A DNA stretch of 25,372 nucleotides from Octopus sinensis (GCF_006345805.1 NW_021836101.1:1-25372), one strand, 5' to 3'; positions 10,583 to 22,162 are shown, counted from the stretch's first letter. A program made the numbers and translations. Notes: generated from the letters alone by a model not told the origin.

Positions 10583-10675
10583 TGGAATGTTCGGACTACC
10601 ATATTTTTCTTAATCTGGTGAAATATTCATGGGTCACTCTATCACTATTTATGATACATGTTCATCAATGTCAAG
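10583..10675 (+). CDS. Candidate 93-nt phase 1-1 exon encoding a signal-peptide-like sequence (xECSDYHIFLNLVKYSWVTLSLFMIHVHQCQG)
   Basis: T-rich tract then TAAG| acceptor at 10582/10583, donor CAAG|GTACGT at 10675/10676, open frame with a hydrophobic core ending in CQG. Confidence 0.3.
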
Positions 10676-10815
10676 GTACGTATAGCATTCTTTCGTGGGA
10701 TAAGAGGGGTGGTGTAGGTATAAATGTATGTATGAATGTATGCTTGTACGTACGTATATATTGTGTGTGTAGATACAAAGGTAGATACATACATTGATAA
10801 ATATGAAGTTAAATA

Positions 10816-11118
10816 GTTTGTTCCTTCTCGAGCTATGACTGGCTCATAAGGGCCGGGTTCCCGGTTTCCTTGACGTATAGGTTCCCCACCTGGACGGGAC
10901 GCTGATCCGTCGAAGGTGAGATGCAAGATGCAGGAGGAAAGAATGAGAGAAAGTTGTGGTGAAAGAGTTAGCAGAAGTTCGCCATTACCTTCAGCCGGAG
11001 CCGCGTGGAGCATAGGCGTTTTCGCTCATAAACACGCGCATCGCCCGGTCTGAGATTCGAACCCGCGATCCCTCGACCGAAAGTCTGCTGCTCTAACCAC
11101 TAGGCCATGTGCCTCCAC
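10816..11118 (-). mobile_element. SINE family C (tRNA-derived), full-length with 13-bp TSD
   Basis: Head GGCACATGGCCTAGTGGTTAGAGC...GGGTTCGAATCTC; TSD ATGAAGTTAAATA at 10803-10815 and 11119-11131. Confidence 0.9.
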
Positions 11119-11576
11119 ATGAAGTTAAATACGTTAAGTAAAGAAAATAAACCCAGATGCGTTATGTATATATATATATATATGTATACATAATGCATGC
11201 ATATATAAACTATATGTATTGACAATAATAGTCTAATAATACCATGTTGTATCTTTGTAGGGGCATTACACAGGAAAAGATACACGCACGCAGTAGTTCA
11301 ATATTATTTCATTATTTTTATTCAGTTGATTAAATGTCTTACTAATCGATCGTTTATTTAATGTATTCGTAAAACAATTAATCGGTGGTTTAACCGATTG
11401 ATTGTTGGTTAAATTCGTTAGCTGGTTAAATATTTGAGCCATTGCCTAACAATGAAGTGATTTTGAAGCAGTGCACGTGCTTAAAATTATCAGCTTAATG
11501 ACCCTCCAAAGAACCAATAAGATTTGTTTCAACATACGAATTCACATAAAAAACATTGCAAAACAAGCACAAATAC

Positions 11577-11623
<47 letters not shown>

Positions 11624-11653
11624 TAATAATAATAAAATAATAATAATAATAAC

Positions 11654-11718
<65 letters not shown>
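11577..11718. repeat. (AAT)n microsatellite
   Basis: Visible run. Confidence 0.95.
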
Positions 11719-12261
11719 GTACCAGGCAGTGGCTCTCATGGCTTCTGATCTTAACTGATTGGAAGTGTTATCATGTACATTGTTTTGTCTTGGTATAAAA
11801 GATGGGCTACAGCAAATATTCTGCTCAATACCACAGATTTGCTTGTCAGTTGTTTGACCTTAACCAGTTGAGCATGTCCCTTAGTGGCTGACGATATGTG
11901 CATCTCTGATCACGAGCAGAAGTAGTGGGGGAGCATCATAGCCATGTGTTGAGAGGGATTCTTTGGGGTTTGAATAATTCACCTCTGGAGACATGGGTGG
12001 GTTTTTCAACATCCTTAAACAACCCTTATTCAGGGACCGTTTGAGCGGGATGGGCTACTCAACCTGAAGAAAATTCTAAAAGGGCCCCACCTGCAAGGTC
12101 ATGTGCAGTTTATCTTGATATGAGATCACCATGCCGCGCACATATGTTTGTGATGCATGTGCCTGGTGTGCCCTTATCAGACGGGTAGTCATGATGGGTA
12201 TATTGGGTTTCGTATATTTTACCCCAGTGTCACTTTGATGACATGCTCTGCTCGCTCACAC
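11719..12261 (+). mobile_element. 543-bp non-coding module embedded in (TAA)n, probably an interspersed repeat (family D)
   Basis: Complex, higher-GC block with sharp (AAT)n boundaries on both sides and no long ORF. I recall a similar sequence as an abundant Octopus repeat (unverified). Orientation is inferred. Confidence 0.55.
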
Positions 12262-12305
<44 letters not shown>

Positions 12306-12310
12306 TAATA
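12262..12310. repeat. (AAT)n tract (tail of family D and/or of the inverted SINE-A)
   Basis: Visible run. Confidence 0.9.
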
Positions 12311-12511
12311 ATCTATTATAGGCTGAATTTTGTGGGGAGAGGGATAGTCAATCATATCGACTCCAGTACTCAACTGCTACTTAATTTATCGACCCCGAAG
12401 TGATGAAAGATAATTTTGACCTCGGCGGAATTTGAAGTCAGAACGTAGCGACGGGCGAAATACCGCTAAGCATTTCGTCCAGCGTGCTAACAATTCTGCC
12501 AGCTCACCACG
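12311..12511 (-). mobile_element. SINE-A inserted in the (AAT)n tract
   Basis: GACCTCGGCGGAATTTGAAGTCAGAACGTAGCGACGGGCGAAATACCGCTAAGCATTTCG...TCTGCCAGCTCACC. Confidence 0.87.
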
Positions 12512-12512
12512 T

Positions 12513-12629
12513 TAATAATAATAATTTTTAAAAAATTTTAAATAATAATAATAATAATAATAATAATGATAATAATAATAATAATAATAATGATAATAAT
12601 GATCCTAATAATAATAATAATAATAATAA
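12513..12629. repeat. (AAT)n microsatellite, target of the R4/Dong-type insertion
   Basis: Visible run; gives the poly-I start of ORF 12566..13063. Confidence 0.92.
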
Positions 12630-12653
12630 GGAAAGAGTATTACCCAGGAGTAA

Positions 12654-13135
12654 TTCCTTTGTGCTTCGTCGAAAATAGAAATGCAAAGATCCTAGGGGAT
12701 TTTGTGATTCAGTGCGACCATGGTATAAAGAATAGGAAGCTAGACATAGTTTTAATTCAGAAAGAAAAGAAACTATGCTGGATCATAAATGTAGCATGCC
12801 CAGCTGACAACAAGGCATGCGATAAAGAAGAAAGAAAATTCGAGAGATATGACGGGTTAGCTTGGGAGGTTAAGCAGTTGTGGTCGATAAAAAAGGTAGC
12901 AGTAGTACCAATAATTGTCGGAGCCCTGGGAACAGTGAGCAAAAATCTCGAGGAGTACGTGGAACAAATAGGGGTTGCAATAAGTGTGGAGCACTTACAG
13001 AAAACACCACTGCTTGGAACTGCTCGAATATTTTGGAAAATTAAGAGATGTTACCTTAGTTGACTGGTAGTGAACAGCTGACAGTGTAGTGCATCTCCAG
13101 CGTTAGAAGCTATGCAAAAGCAATAATAATAATAA
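12654..13135 (+). mobile_element. 5'-truncated R4/Dong-type non-LTR retrotransposon: restriction-like endonuclease C-terminus, short 3' UTR, (TAA)n tail
   Basis: VENRNAKILGDFVIQCDH..RKLDIVLIQKEKKLCWIINVACP..KEERKFERYDGLAWEVKQLW..VVPIIVGALGTV..LQKTPLLGTARI matches the RLE PD-(D/E)xK domain pattern (RPD..IDVAxP..EKxxKY..VIGALG..LLGTARI). TSD at 12630-12653 and 13137-13160 (21/24 identical). Confidence 0.87.
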
Positions 13136-13415
13136 AGGAAAGGGTATTACATAGGAGTAATGAAGGTATCGTTTCTTAGAGTCTATCATATACACTGTAT
13201 AATATACAGGTATAAAAGGGTCTTCAAGATTCCCTAAGGGCATGTAATAATATACTGCATAACACTTTGCATCATTATAAGAATATTTCTTGGACTTCAA
13301 AGTCAATATTTCAAGTGGTACAGATATAGATATAAAGGCATAAAGAGTTAAGCAGTATTTCATTTCATTTCCTCAGGAAAATTACGAAACGTTTCATACT
13401 TGTGAGGATGTGTGT

Positions 13416-13472
13416 GTATATATATATAAAATATATATATATATATATATGTGTGTGAGTGTGTGTGTGTGT

Positions 13473-13503
<31 letters not shown>

Positions 13504-13506
13504 GTG
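13416..13506. repeat. (AT)n + (GT)n microsatellite
   Basis: Visible runs. Confidence 0.9.
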
Positions 13507-13619
13507 TATCTATATAAACTAAGGAAAACACGATACCTTCATCACTTTTGATTCTTGTCTCTATTGTTGACATAATATTATTCTGAACATTATCAAGAAC
13601 TTGCTTTTCTTCTGCCCCT

Positions 13620-13735
13620 GTATGTTTGTGTGTGTATATGTGTGTTTGTTTATGTGTGTGTGTGATCGTGTGTGTGTATGTGTGTGTGCGTATGTGTGTT
13701 TGTGTGTATGTGTGTGTGTGTGTGTGTGTGTGAGT
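13620..13735. repeat. Imperfect (GT)n microsatellite
   Basis: Visible run. Confidence 0.9.
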
Positions 13736-14799
13736 GTTGAAAAGTACTTTAGAACGTCATGCATTATTCCTGTTGCACATACAAAAGAAAAAAAATTGAG
13801 AAAACAATAGCGAAACAGAAACATCTGTTTACAATTTTTACCTCGTGTTTCAATGTTTTGACTTCGAAAAGCATTTAGCAAGAGAAAACAAAAATGTGGA
13901 AATGTGGGTAAGGGCTTGACATGCACAGTTTGGTTCTTGTATATTAACTAATTAGTTTTTCACACTTCTAGTCTGTCAGTCATGAGGCGATATTATGCAT
14001 GTGAATTTTGGAAGAAAGAAAAGTGAACTTCCAGAACTAATTAATATAAGGATTAACTTAATTTATTTCAGTATTTTACCCCTTCTTTAAAAATATCACT
14101 AAATCGTCTTAAAACAATTGAAACCGGTTGCATATTTTGATAAAAATGTTTATATTTTATTCCATATCTTCTCCGATTTTTGATGGAATAAATCCCTTAA
14201 AAAGAAAATATTGATATTAGCAGTCGAATGCTATTTGGTCGTTGAATGTGGGACCCGTTGCCTTGTGAATGATCCTGAATATCTTTTAGCATCGACATTT
14301 TGATACGTATACACACGTATGATAAGTACGCATACACACACTAGAGACGAGCAAGGTATTGGTAGTTTATATAATATCGTCTGTACAGTAGATATCATTC
14401 CGTACTTAAGGACCGATGACACTGGTTGGTGCATAAATGCTCTGTTACAAGAAGCTTCCAGTGCAGCTCAATTTTAATGTAAGTCCTCAGATTTCGTCTT
14501 GCAAATTGAGCAGAGAATGGAAAAGCGAACGAGCGAGATAGAGAGTAGGGAGGGAGAGGGAAAGATAGAGGGAGAGAGAGATGGGTGAGAGGGAGAATGA
14601 AAGAAATTGGTGAGGAAGGATTGAAGAATGAGAAAGAGATCCAGTGTAGTCTGGATATTCTGTTCTGAGGTTTGTATTGCTTCTGTATGTTGTTGGACAC
14701 GCAATGTCTTCCGAAGCATCTGGCATGAGAATGCCTTCTGCATATCAGGAAAAATATTGTGAACGAGTAACAGCAGTTAAACGCTAAATTATGGTAATA

Positions 14800-14947
14800 A
14801 TGTGTGCGTGTGTGTGTGTATGTGTTTGTGTGTTTGTGTGTACATTTGCGCGAGTGCGTGTGTGTGTTTTTGTGTGTGTTTGAGTCTGTGTGAGTGTGTG
14901 CGTATGTGGATGTGCGTGTATGTATATGTGTGTGTGTGTGTGTGTGT
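14800..14947. repeat. Imperfect (GT)n, possibly the (CA)n tail of the adjacent RTE relic
   Basis: Visible run abutting the LINE 3' end. Confidence 0.85.
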
Positions 14948-14949
14948 TG

Positions 14950-15530
<581 letters not shown>

Positions 15531-16284
15531 ATATCATACATAATGTGCATACCTAGATATATATGTGTATATACGTGCATATATGGGCACAGGACGTAAA
15601 AAGACGTGAACAAAATGAAAAAACGAGAAGCTAAAAAAAGACTCAAAAAACATGGAAAACGAACTTTATTTTGACCAACGAATCCCTTAATTGTCCCCTG
15701 TTTTATCTACTTCGCGTTACACTTACATAGATACGTACATAGGTAGGTATAAAGACGGACATATCAAGGGAAGAGATAGAGAAGGAAGCTAAGAGCGAGT
15801 GAGAGAGAGAACGAGAGAGAGCGTTGCATATATTGATAGAAAGATAGACATAGAGGCATATACGTAAAAGAAAAGAGATAGGTAGTAAATTGCATTCATA
15901 CACAGGAAACACACACACGAACATACAAAAAAAATCTCACATACAAACATACACATTTACACGCAAGAATACTCAAACACACACACACATACTTATGCAT
16001 ATGTACCAATATTCATTCCCCGTGTTATTCGGTCATTCCTTCTATGCTAGTTGTTACGAAATAGCGAAAAATTTACTTAGGAAGAAGAATAAGAGAATCT
16101 CTAAGCACGCTTATCTTTCCAATTCTGTATCGAGACGACCTAATGCAGCAGTTGTATGGAGAGTAAGAAAAAAAATCTGCACGGTTATATCACGGACGAT
16201 GCTTACGTTCACAGCTGCAGATGGCAATAACTGCATGACAAACGACAACGTACGTGCAAATACCGACATACACATATATGTATG

Positions 16285-16373
16285 CATACACACACACACA
16301 TACATACATACATACATACATACATACATACATACATACATACATACAACCACACATATATATTTATGTGTAT

Positions 16374-16455
<82 letters not shown>
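16285..16455. repeat. (CA)/(CATA)n + (AT)n microsatellite
   Basis: Visible runs. Confidence 0.9.
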
Positions 16456-16456
<1 letters not shown>

Positions 16457-16983
16457 GATAGAGAAAGAAAAGGAGGGTGAAATAAAGATGTATGAGTAGA
16501 TATGTAAGTATATAGGGGCATATTTATGTACACAAATATACACACATGCACACATACACACAGATTCACATGCAGATATGTACATACACACACACCACAC
16601 ACCCATACATACATAATACTATATATATATTATATATATATATAATATATGTGCGTGTATGTGTATGTTTATGTGTCTATGTGTATGCATATACCTTCGT
16701 TCAAGATAAATGTAATTTAGACCGTGTGTGCGTGTGCATACGTTTTTGCGTGTTTGCATATGCCTACCTGCATATAACCTCTACTGAAATCTATAGACGT
16801 GTATTTAGTTGTCTATAAATCAGTTGATCTACCAGACCATATAGCTCTATCTGTTGCTCTCCGTTTCCTCTATCACATACACACCTTCTCCACTTCTCTT
16901 TCTGTTTGAATACACACACACTCATAAATGTATCTACGTACATATCCACACAGACACCACACACATATAAGTATGGATATATA

Positions 16984-17021
<38 letters not shown>

Positions 17022-17040
17022 ATATATATATATATATATA

Positions 17041-17196
17041 TACTTTATTTAAAGCAGCAGAAAATTCAACACAAAACCTGTTACCTGAGTTTCCTGTTGC
17101 CGTTCATCGGACATTTTTGTTAGCTTAAATAAAGCATATTACTCTACCACTGGTATTCGAGTACTCTTTTTTCCACCTTGTTTCACATTTATGTGT
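17041..17196 (-). mobile_element. About 155-bp element embedded in (TA)n carrying a hammerhead-like fold (putative Penelope-derived/retrozyme unit)
   Basis: Complex block with (TA)n on both sides and an internal inverted repeat (CTTTATTTAAAGC / GCTTAAATAAAG) enclosing the motif. Confidence 0.45.
17078..17114 (-). ncRNA. Degenerate type I hammerhead ribozyme motif
   Basis: Minus strand reads TGT-CCGATGA-ACG-GCAA-CAG-GAAA-CTCAGG-TA-ACA: stem I TGT/ACA, core with U4C, GNRA loop II, GUA cleavage triplet; stem II is damaged. Confidence 0.45.
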
Positions 17197-18405
17197 TTAC
17201 TCCGGTATATATATATATATATATATATATTGTGCGTCATTGTGTCAATATGTATGTTTGCATATAGTATATATACACATGTGTTTATACACATGAGTAA
17301 AGAAATATATATATACACATGTGTGTGTTTGAGTTGTGTCTGTACTGGATATAGTAAAATAAAACAGTGGCCGAATCTTCAGCTATTATAATGAATCTTA
17401 TGAATATCGTTCCTTCTAACAAAAAAAAAATACTTCGACAATACTAGTATATTCTGCACTGCGAAAACTGCAAGATTGTTCTGTTTCCATTGCGCTTCAA
17501 AATGCTTGCCAACGTTCATTTCGGTATGAGTTAACCAGAATCAGTAAAACATGCAACCGGAATGATGGCTTCGTAAATGTTATTTGTTTTGTTTTACACT
17601 TTGCATCGAATATGACCTCTTCATATTATGACTACACGCACAAAATAAAAACGCGTTTTCCGGCAGGCATTTTCCACAGTCATATAAAGAGAGCGTGGGT
17701 CAAAATGGGTGAATGAGACAAAATGAATAATTTCTAAATTTTCGGGGTTTTTTCTCTCTACCTGTACGAAACCAATACATGGTAAGTATTGCATCAGCAT
17801 TTTATTTTGTTGCTTCATCTTGGAGAGAAAAATTTCGTCAGAATAGTTGTCATTGTTTAAGCTGAGAGGGATTGAAACAGCTCACAGCTGCACCTTTTTT
17901 AAAATAAACTTTTCCTCAAAGTTGAAGTTGCTAATAAAATAACTGTATAATTATTGGCGTTGAACAATAAAGATTCCTTCCCCTGTTGGATATCAAGCCG
18001 TCACCCCAGCACCACATACACACACACACACACACGCTACACACACACACACACACACGCTACACACACACACACACACACACATACATACGCACACACT
18101 AACGTCTTATTTCATAATTTTCAATTTTGAGAAAAAGGATGTCTAAGTGGAGCAAAATTAGCAACGATTATTTCAATAATTTCTTTCCCTGTAACAGCTT
18201 ATTGTGAAGATATGTCTAGAACACCACAACACTAGCAAATCGTGAAAAAGCCATAGAGAATATCTTATCTTGAGATTTTAGATTTAGTCGAGTTTTGTTA
18301 ATGTCATATATCATGTGCCATTCTTCTAAGACCCTCTTTCATCTGACCTAATATTTTAAGCTCTTGTTGATTTTCTAATGTTTCTGATATCTTAGGATAG
18401 ATATC

Positions 18406-18622
18406 TGTTTCTTTATTACCCACAAGGGGCTAAACATAGAGGGGACAAACAAGGACTTACGAACGGATTAAGTTGATTACATCGATCCCAGTGCATAAGC
18501 TGGTACTTAATTTATCGAACCCGAAAGGATGAGAGGCAAAGTCGACCTCGGCGGAATTTGAACTCAGAACGTGACGATGGGTGAGATACCGCGAAGCACT
18601 TCGTACGACGTGCAAACGTCTC
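18406..18622 (-). mobile_element. SINE-A monomer ending in the 'linker-type' tail, 8-bp TSD
   Basis: Same unit as the 3.1-3.9 kb array; TAGATATC at 18398-18405 and 18623-18630. Confidence 0.9.
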
Positions 18623-18829
18623 TAGATATCGATGTGTATGAGTGATTTCTGAAATGTTATTCTGGAAGATTGAGGCAGGAAATTTACCTGAATTTGTCTT
18701 ACTTATTTTTTCCCACCAAATTTTGTCTAAATGCTCAAAGAGAATGGAGTTAATATTCTGAAGTAGTGTACTGAATAGTTTATAGTGGTTTTAATGTATT
18801 TACAAGACCTGATATGGTTTTGCAAGGTA

Positions 18830-19222
18830 CTCTTTACTCTTTTATTTGTATCAGTCGTTTGACTGTGGCCATGCTGGAGCAACGCCTTGAGTCGAAGAAA
18901 TCGACCCCAGGACTTATTCTTTGTAAATCTAGTACTTATTCTATCGGTCGATTTTGTCGAACCGCTAAGGTACGAGGACGAAAACACACCAGTAGCGGTT
19001 GTCAAGCGATGTTCGGGGTACAAACACAAACATATACGCGCGCGCGCGTGCACACACACATATATATATACGACGGGCTCCTTTCAGTTTCCGTCTACCA
19101 AATACACTCACAATACTTTGGTCGGCCTGAGTCTATAGCAGAAGACACTTGCACAAGGAACTGAACCCAGAACCATGTGATTGATAAGCAAGCTACTTAC
19201 CACACAGCCACTCATGCACCTA
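18830..19222 (-). mobile_element. SINE-B, near full-length
   Basis: CAGTCGTTTGACTGTGGCCATGCTGGAGC...CGACGGGCTCCTTTCAGTTTCCGTCTACC...CTTACCACACAGCCACTCATGCACCTA. Confidence 0.9.
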
Positions 19223-19672
19223 TGTATAGGGTAGTGCATATTAGTAAAAAAAAATATTTTCACTCAAAATCAAAACTGCAGTAAATATTACTCATAGTGC
19301 CCTATTCTCTGCGTAAGTACGTATATTTATATATATATATACACATATACAAATATATGATTATATGTGTGTGTACATATATTTATATACACGTATGCAC
19401 GTATATGTGTACGTATGTGACATCTGTGTGTTGTGTGCGGTGTGCGGTGTGTGTATGTGTGTGTATTTTCTGTGTCTGTATGTGTATCTGTGAATGCGCG
19501 CGCGTTTGCCGTTATGTATATACGTAAGTATGTTCGTAGCTATGTACATAAGTATTATTTGTGGATTCTTCAGTCGACCACGTAATTAGGTTAGTGTTTT
19601 AATTTTGACATATTGAGTAATTACCGGCAATGTACGTATAATGTAACTGTAATAGGCTTTGAAATATATATG

Positions 19673-19714
<42 letters not shown>

Positions 19715-20005
19715 CCTGCGCGTGACTTTTCTTTATCATTAAAATAAACCGACTTCCTTCAAAAGTACATTCTCTGAAATTAAAAATATAATCAAATCTA
19801 GTGGCATATAATTTGACGTTAAATACACTGAAACAACGCCTCCGGGTTATTCCTTTGTTGCACTCAGAAAAATAATTGATATATTTTAATAATTATTCAT
19901 TGTAAATAGTTACGCACCAGTCACTTTGTCTCTGGAAATAAACGTTTTTAAATGAAGTGGAATAGTAATCGTTGAGGACAAGAAACTGGACGGAAATAAA
20001 ATTAA

Positions 20006-20311
20006 CAGGAAGATTCTTAGTTATTAGGAATTTAATATTTATTAACAAAGTCGTGGAAAGTGCCAGCAGTCAAAGTATCGAATCTCTGTTGACGAAACAC
20101 CGTCTGCGATAGTCAGGCCATGTAGGAAGAATGAATCTAGGTTCCCGTGTCAAGTTTTATTCAGTGTATTCACTTCAGGGAAATACTGTTTTGTTAGAAG
20201 ATACAAAGACCAACTCAAAGCAACATTGAATGCCACTGGAATTGAGCGGGGATCGTCTGAAACACAAGCCCGAGATTGTACCAAGTGGCGGAGTCCCATT
20301 GCAACGGCGTG
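20006..20311 (+). mobile_element. Decayed RTE-clade LINE ORF2 C-terminal fragment
   Basis: NKVVESASSQSIESLLTKHRLR*SGHVGRMN, then a frameshift at ~20138, then RFPCQVLF..SGK..RRYKDQLKATLNATGI..ETQARDCTKWRSPI. This matches the RTE pattern NEVL..SIE..LLTK.RLRWxGHVxRM..R.PKQ....RYKDxLK..WE..A.DR..WR. Confidence 0.78.
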
Positions 20312-20448
20312 TTTATTATTATTCTCACAGAGTCCTTAAAGCGTCCGATAGAATTCATTGCAGTGTCTCGTTTCTCTACTGCACGTAGTCACTCTAAAAC
20401 CTGATGTGGTTAATTTTACTTTTCATTGTATAAAGGTCGATAAATAAA

Positions 20449-20849
20449 ATAATCTTTCCTACTCTAGGCACTAGGCCCGAACTTTTCGGGAACGGGGCCA
20501 CTTGATTAGATCGATCCTAGTACGCAAATGGTACTTAATTTATCGATCGTGAAAGGACGAAAGGTAACGTCGATCTCGGCAGAATTTGAACTCAGAACGT
20601 AACGGCAGGCGAAATACCTATTTCTTTATTACCCACAAGGGGCTAAACATAGAGAGGACAAGAAAGGACAGACAAAGGTATTAAGTCTATTACATTGACC
20701 CCAGTGCGTAACTGGTACTTAATTTATCGACCCCGAAAGGATGAAAGGCAACGTTGATCACGGCGGAATTTGAACTCAGAACGTAGTGGCAGACGACATA
20801 CCACGAAGCACTTCACCCGGTGTTGTAACGTCTCTGCCAACTAACTGCC
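20449..20849 (-). mobile_element. SINE-A dimer (full head unit + B-box-only unit with (ATT) tail)
   Basis: Two central domains with junction GAAATAC|CTATTTC at 20617/20618. Confidence 0.9.
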
Positions 20850-20875
20850 TTCGATAAATAAAACAATAACAAAAC

Positions 20876-20994
20876 CATCATTATCACCATCATCATCATC
20901 ATCCTCACCATCACCACCACCATCACCACCATCATCAACGTCATCATCACCACCAACACTACAACCACCATCAACACTACCACCACCGCCGACA

Positions 20995-21028
<34 letters not shown>

Positions 21029-21030
21029 TA
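20876..21030. repeat. Compound (CAT/CAC)n microsatellite
   Basis: Visible runs. Confidence 0.9.
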
Positions 21031-21190
21031 TTAGCTCAAATTCCGCTGAGGTCAACCTTGCCTTTCGTCTTTTCAGTTGCGGTGGGGGTTGATGATATAA
21101 ATACAATTTGATCACTGGGGTCGACGTAATCGATTGCATTTTTCCCCACCAAAATAGCTGGTCTTGTGTCTAAATAAGAAAGAAATATTT
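21031..21190 (+). mobile_element. 5'-truncated SINE-A
   Basis: AGCTCAAATTCCGCTGAGGTCAACCTTGCCTTTC...CACTGGGGTCGACGTAATCGA...AAAATAGCTGGTCTTGTG. Confidence 0.72.
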
Positions 21191-21201
21191 TTTTGTTACT
21201 A

Positions 21202-21350
21202 AAAGCAGCGAGGTAGTAGCACCTTCAGAACGTCGGCCACGATGTTTTATAATCTTTCTTCGGACTCTTTCTTTTGAGTTCAAATCCAGTCGAGGGCAAC
21301 TTTGACTTTCCTCCTTTTGAGTCAGTAAAATGTAGTACCAGTGAAATACT
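21202..21350 (+). mobile_element. Old SINE-A, 3'-truncated
   Basis: GCAGCGAGG head remnant; GAGTTCAAATCCAGTCGAGGGCAACTTTGACTTTCCTCC...GTAGTACCAGT. Confidence 0.5.
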
Positions 21351-22162
21351 AACATTGGTGATCTCGTACCTGTAATTTTAAAATAATTACTATTTATGGT
21401 ATGAGAAATATGGTTCACTCTGATAGCATGAATGCGTAATTTTCGCTTCTGTTAAACAGTTTTATTTGAGCACTACCACATTAAATTTTCTTTAGACTAC
21501 AAGTAAAAAGAAGAATAAAGACTAGATACAAAGAAGGATTGCCCTCGATAGCTGAGGTTAGAGAAGGAAAAGAATTTTGTTTCACATAATTTTACGATTG
21601 TATTTAAATGCATGACAAATTTACAAATGGCTACCACACAAAAGTATGCTACAAAATCAAACACTAGAATTGTTGCAAACAAGCAACGCAAAATCGAAAC
21701 GCACCATAGAGATGTGTGAAAGAGGCAGAAGTAAATGGACAATAGAAGGGTGCGCTGAAAAGATCCTGGTAAAAGAAAATACAGGTGGATCAGTTAATTA
21801 TGATTTTATTCAATATATTTCTCTCTCAGATTCACACACTTTGCATCGGTCCTCCAGTTTTTCTAAATGCAAGAAAAGAACTCGGAAGGTTGGGTCCTCA
21901 ACCAGATCTTTTGCCATACTCTTAAAGCAAGGAACCTTTCAGCACACCCACCCCCGTACAAGTACAATTGCTAGTCACTTTAATATAAATCATTTACAAG
22001 ACAGCAACACTAGTGACAACGATAATATCAGTTGCACATATTACACGATTTCAAATGTGGTCCCTCCATATATTAGTTGTATGGAAGTATTCCTTCTTGA
22101 ATATTAAAGAAACAAGTGGAAATTTTAGCTTCATCGCAGTTACAAAAAAAAACTAAATAGCA

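Noticed and set aside
11040-11113. tRNA gene
   Set aside because: Has A and B boxes but no acceptor-stem pairing, and it continues into a SINE body bounded by a TSD
13369-13420. CTCAGGA...GAAACGTTTC as a hammerhead
   Set aside because: Core mismatch, no stem II and no stem I pairing; only a palindrome
15595-15720. Remnant of another recalled cephalopod repeat, possibly PLE-related
   Set aside because: Single copy here with no intact diagnostic motif; rests on memory only
17680-17787. Exon ending in ATG|GTAAGT (strong donor at 17781/17782)
   Set aside because: All frames from the nearest acceptor contain stops; isolated strong donors are common by chance and a UTR exon cannot be tested here
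21646-22107. 153-aa ORF with a faint mariner-like LGRW V patch near 21880-21905
   Set aside because: Needs several frameshifts; no DD34D motif or TIRs
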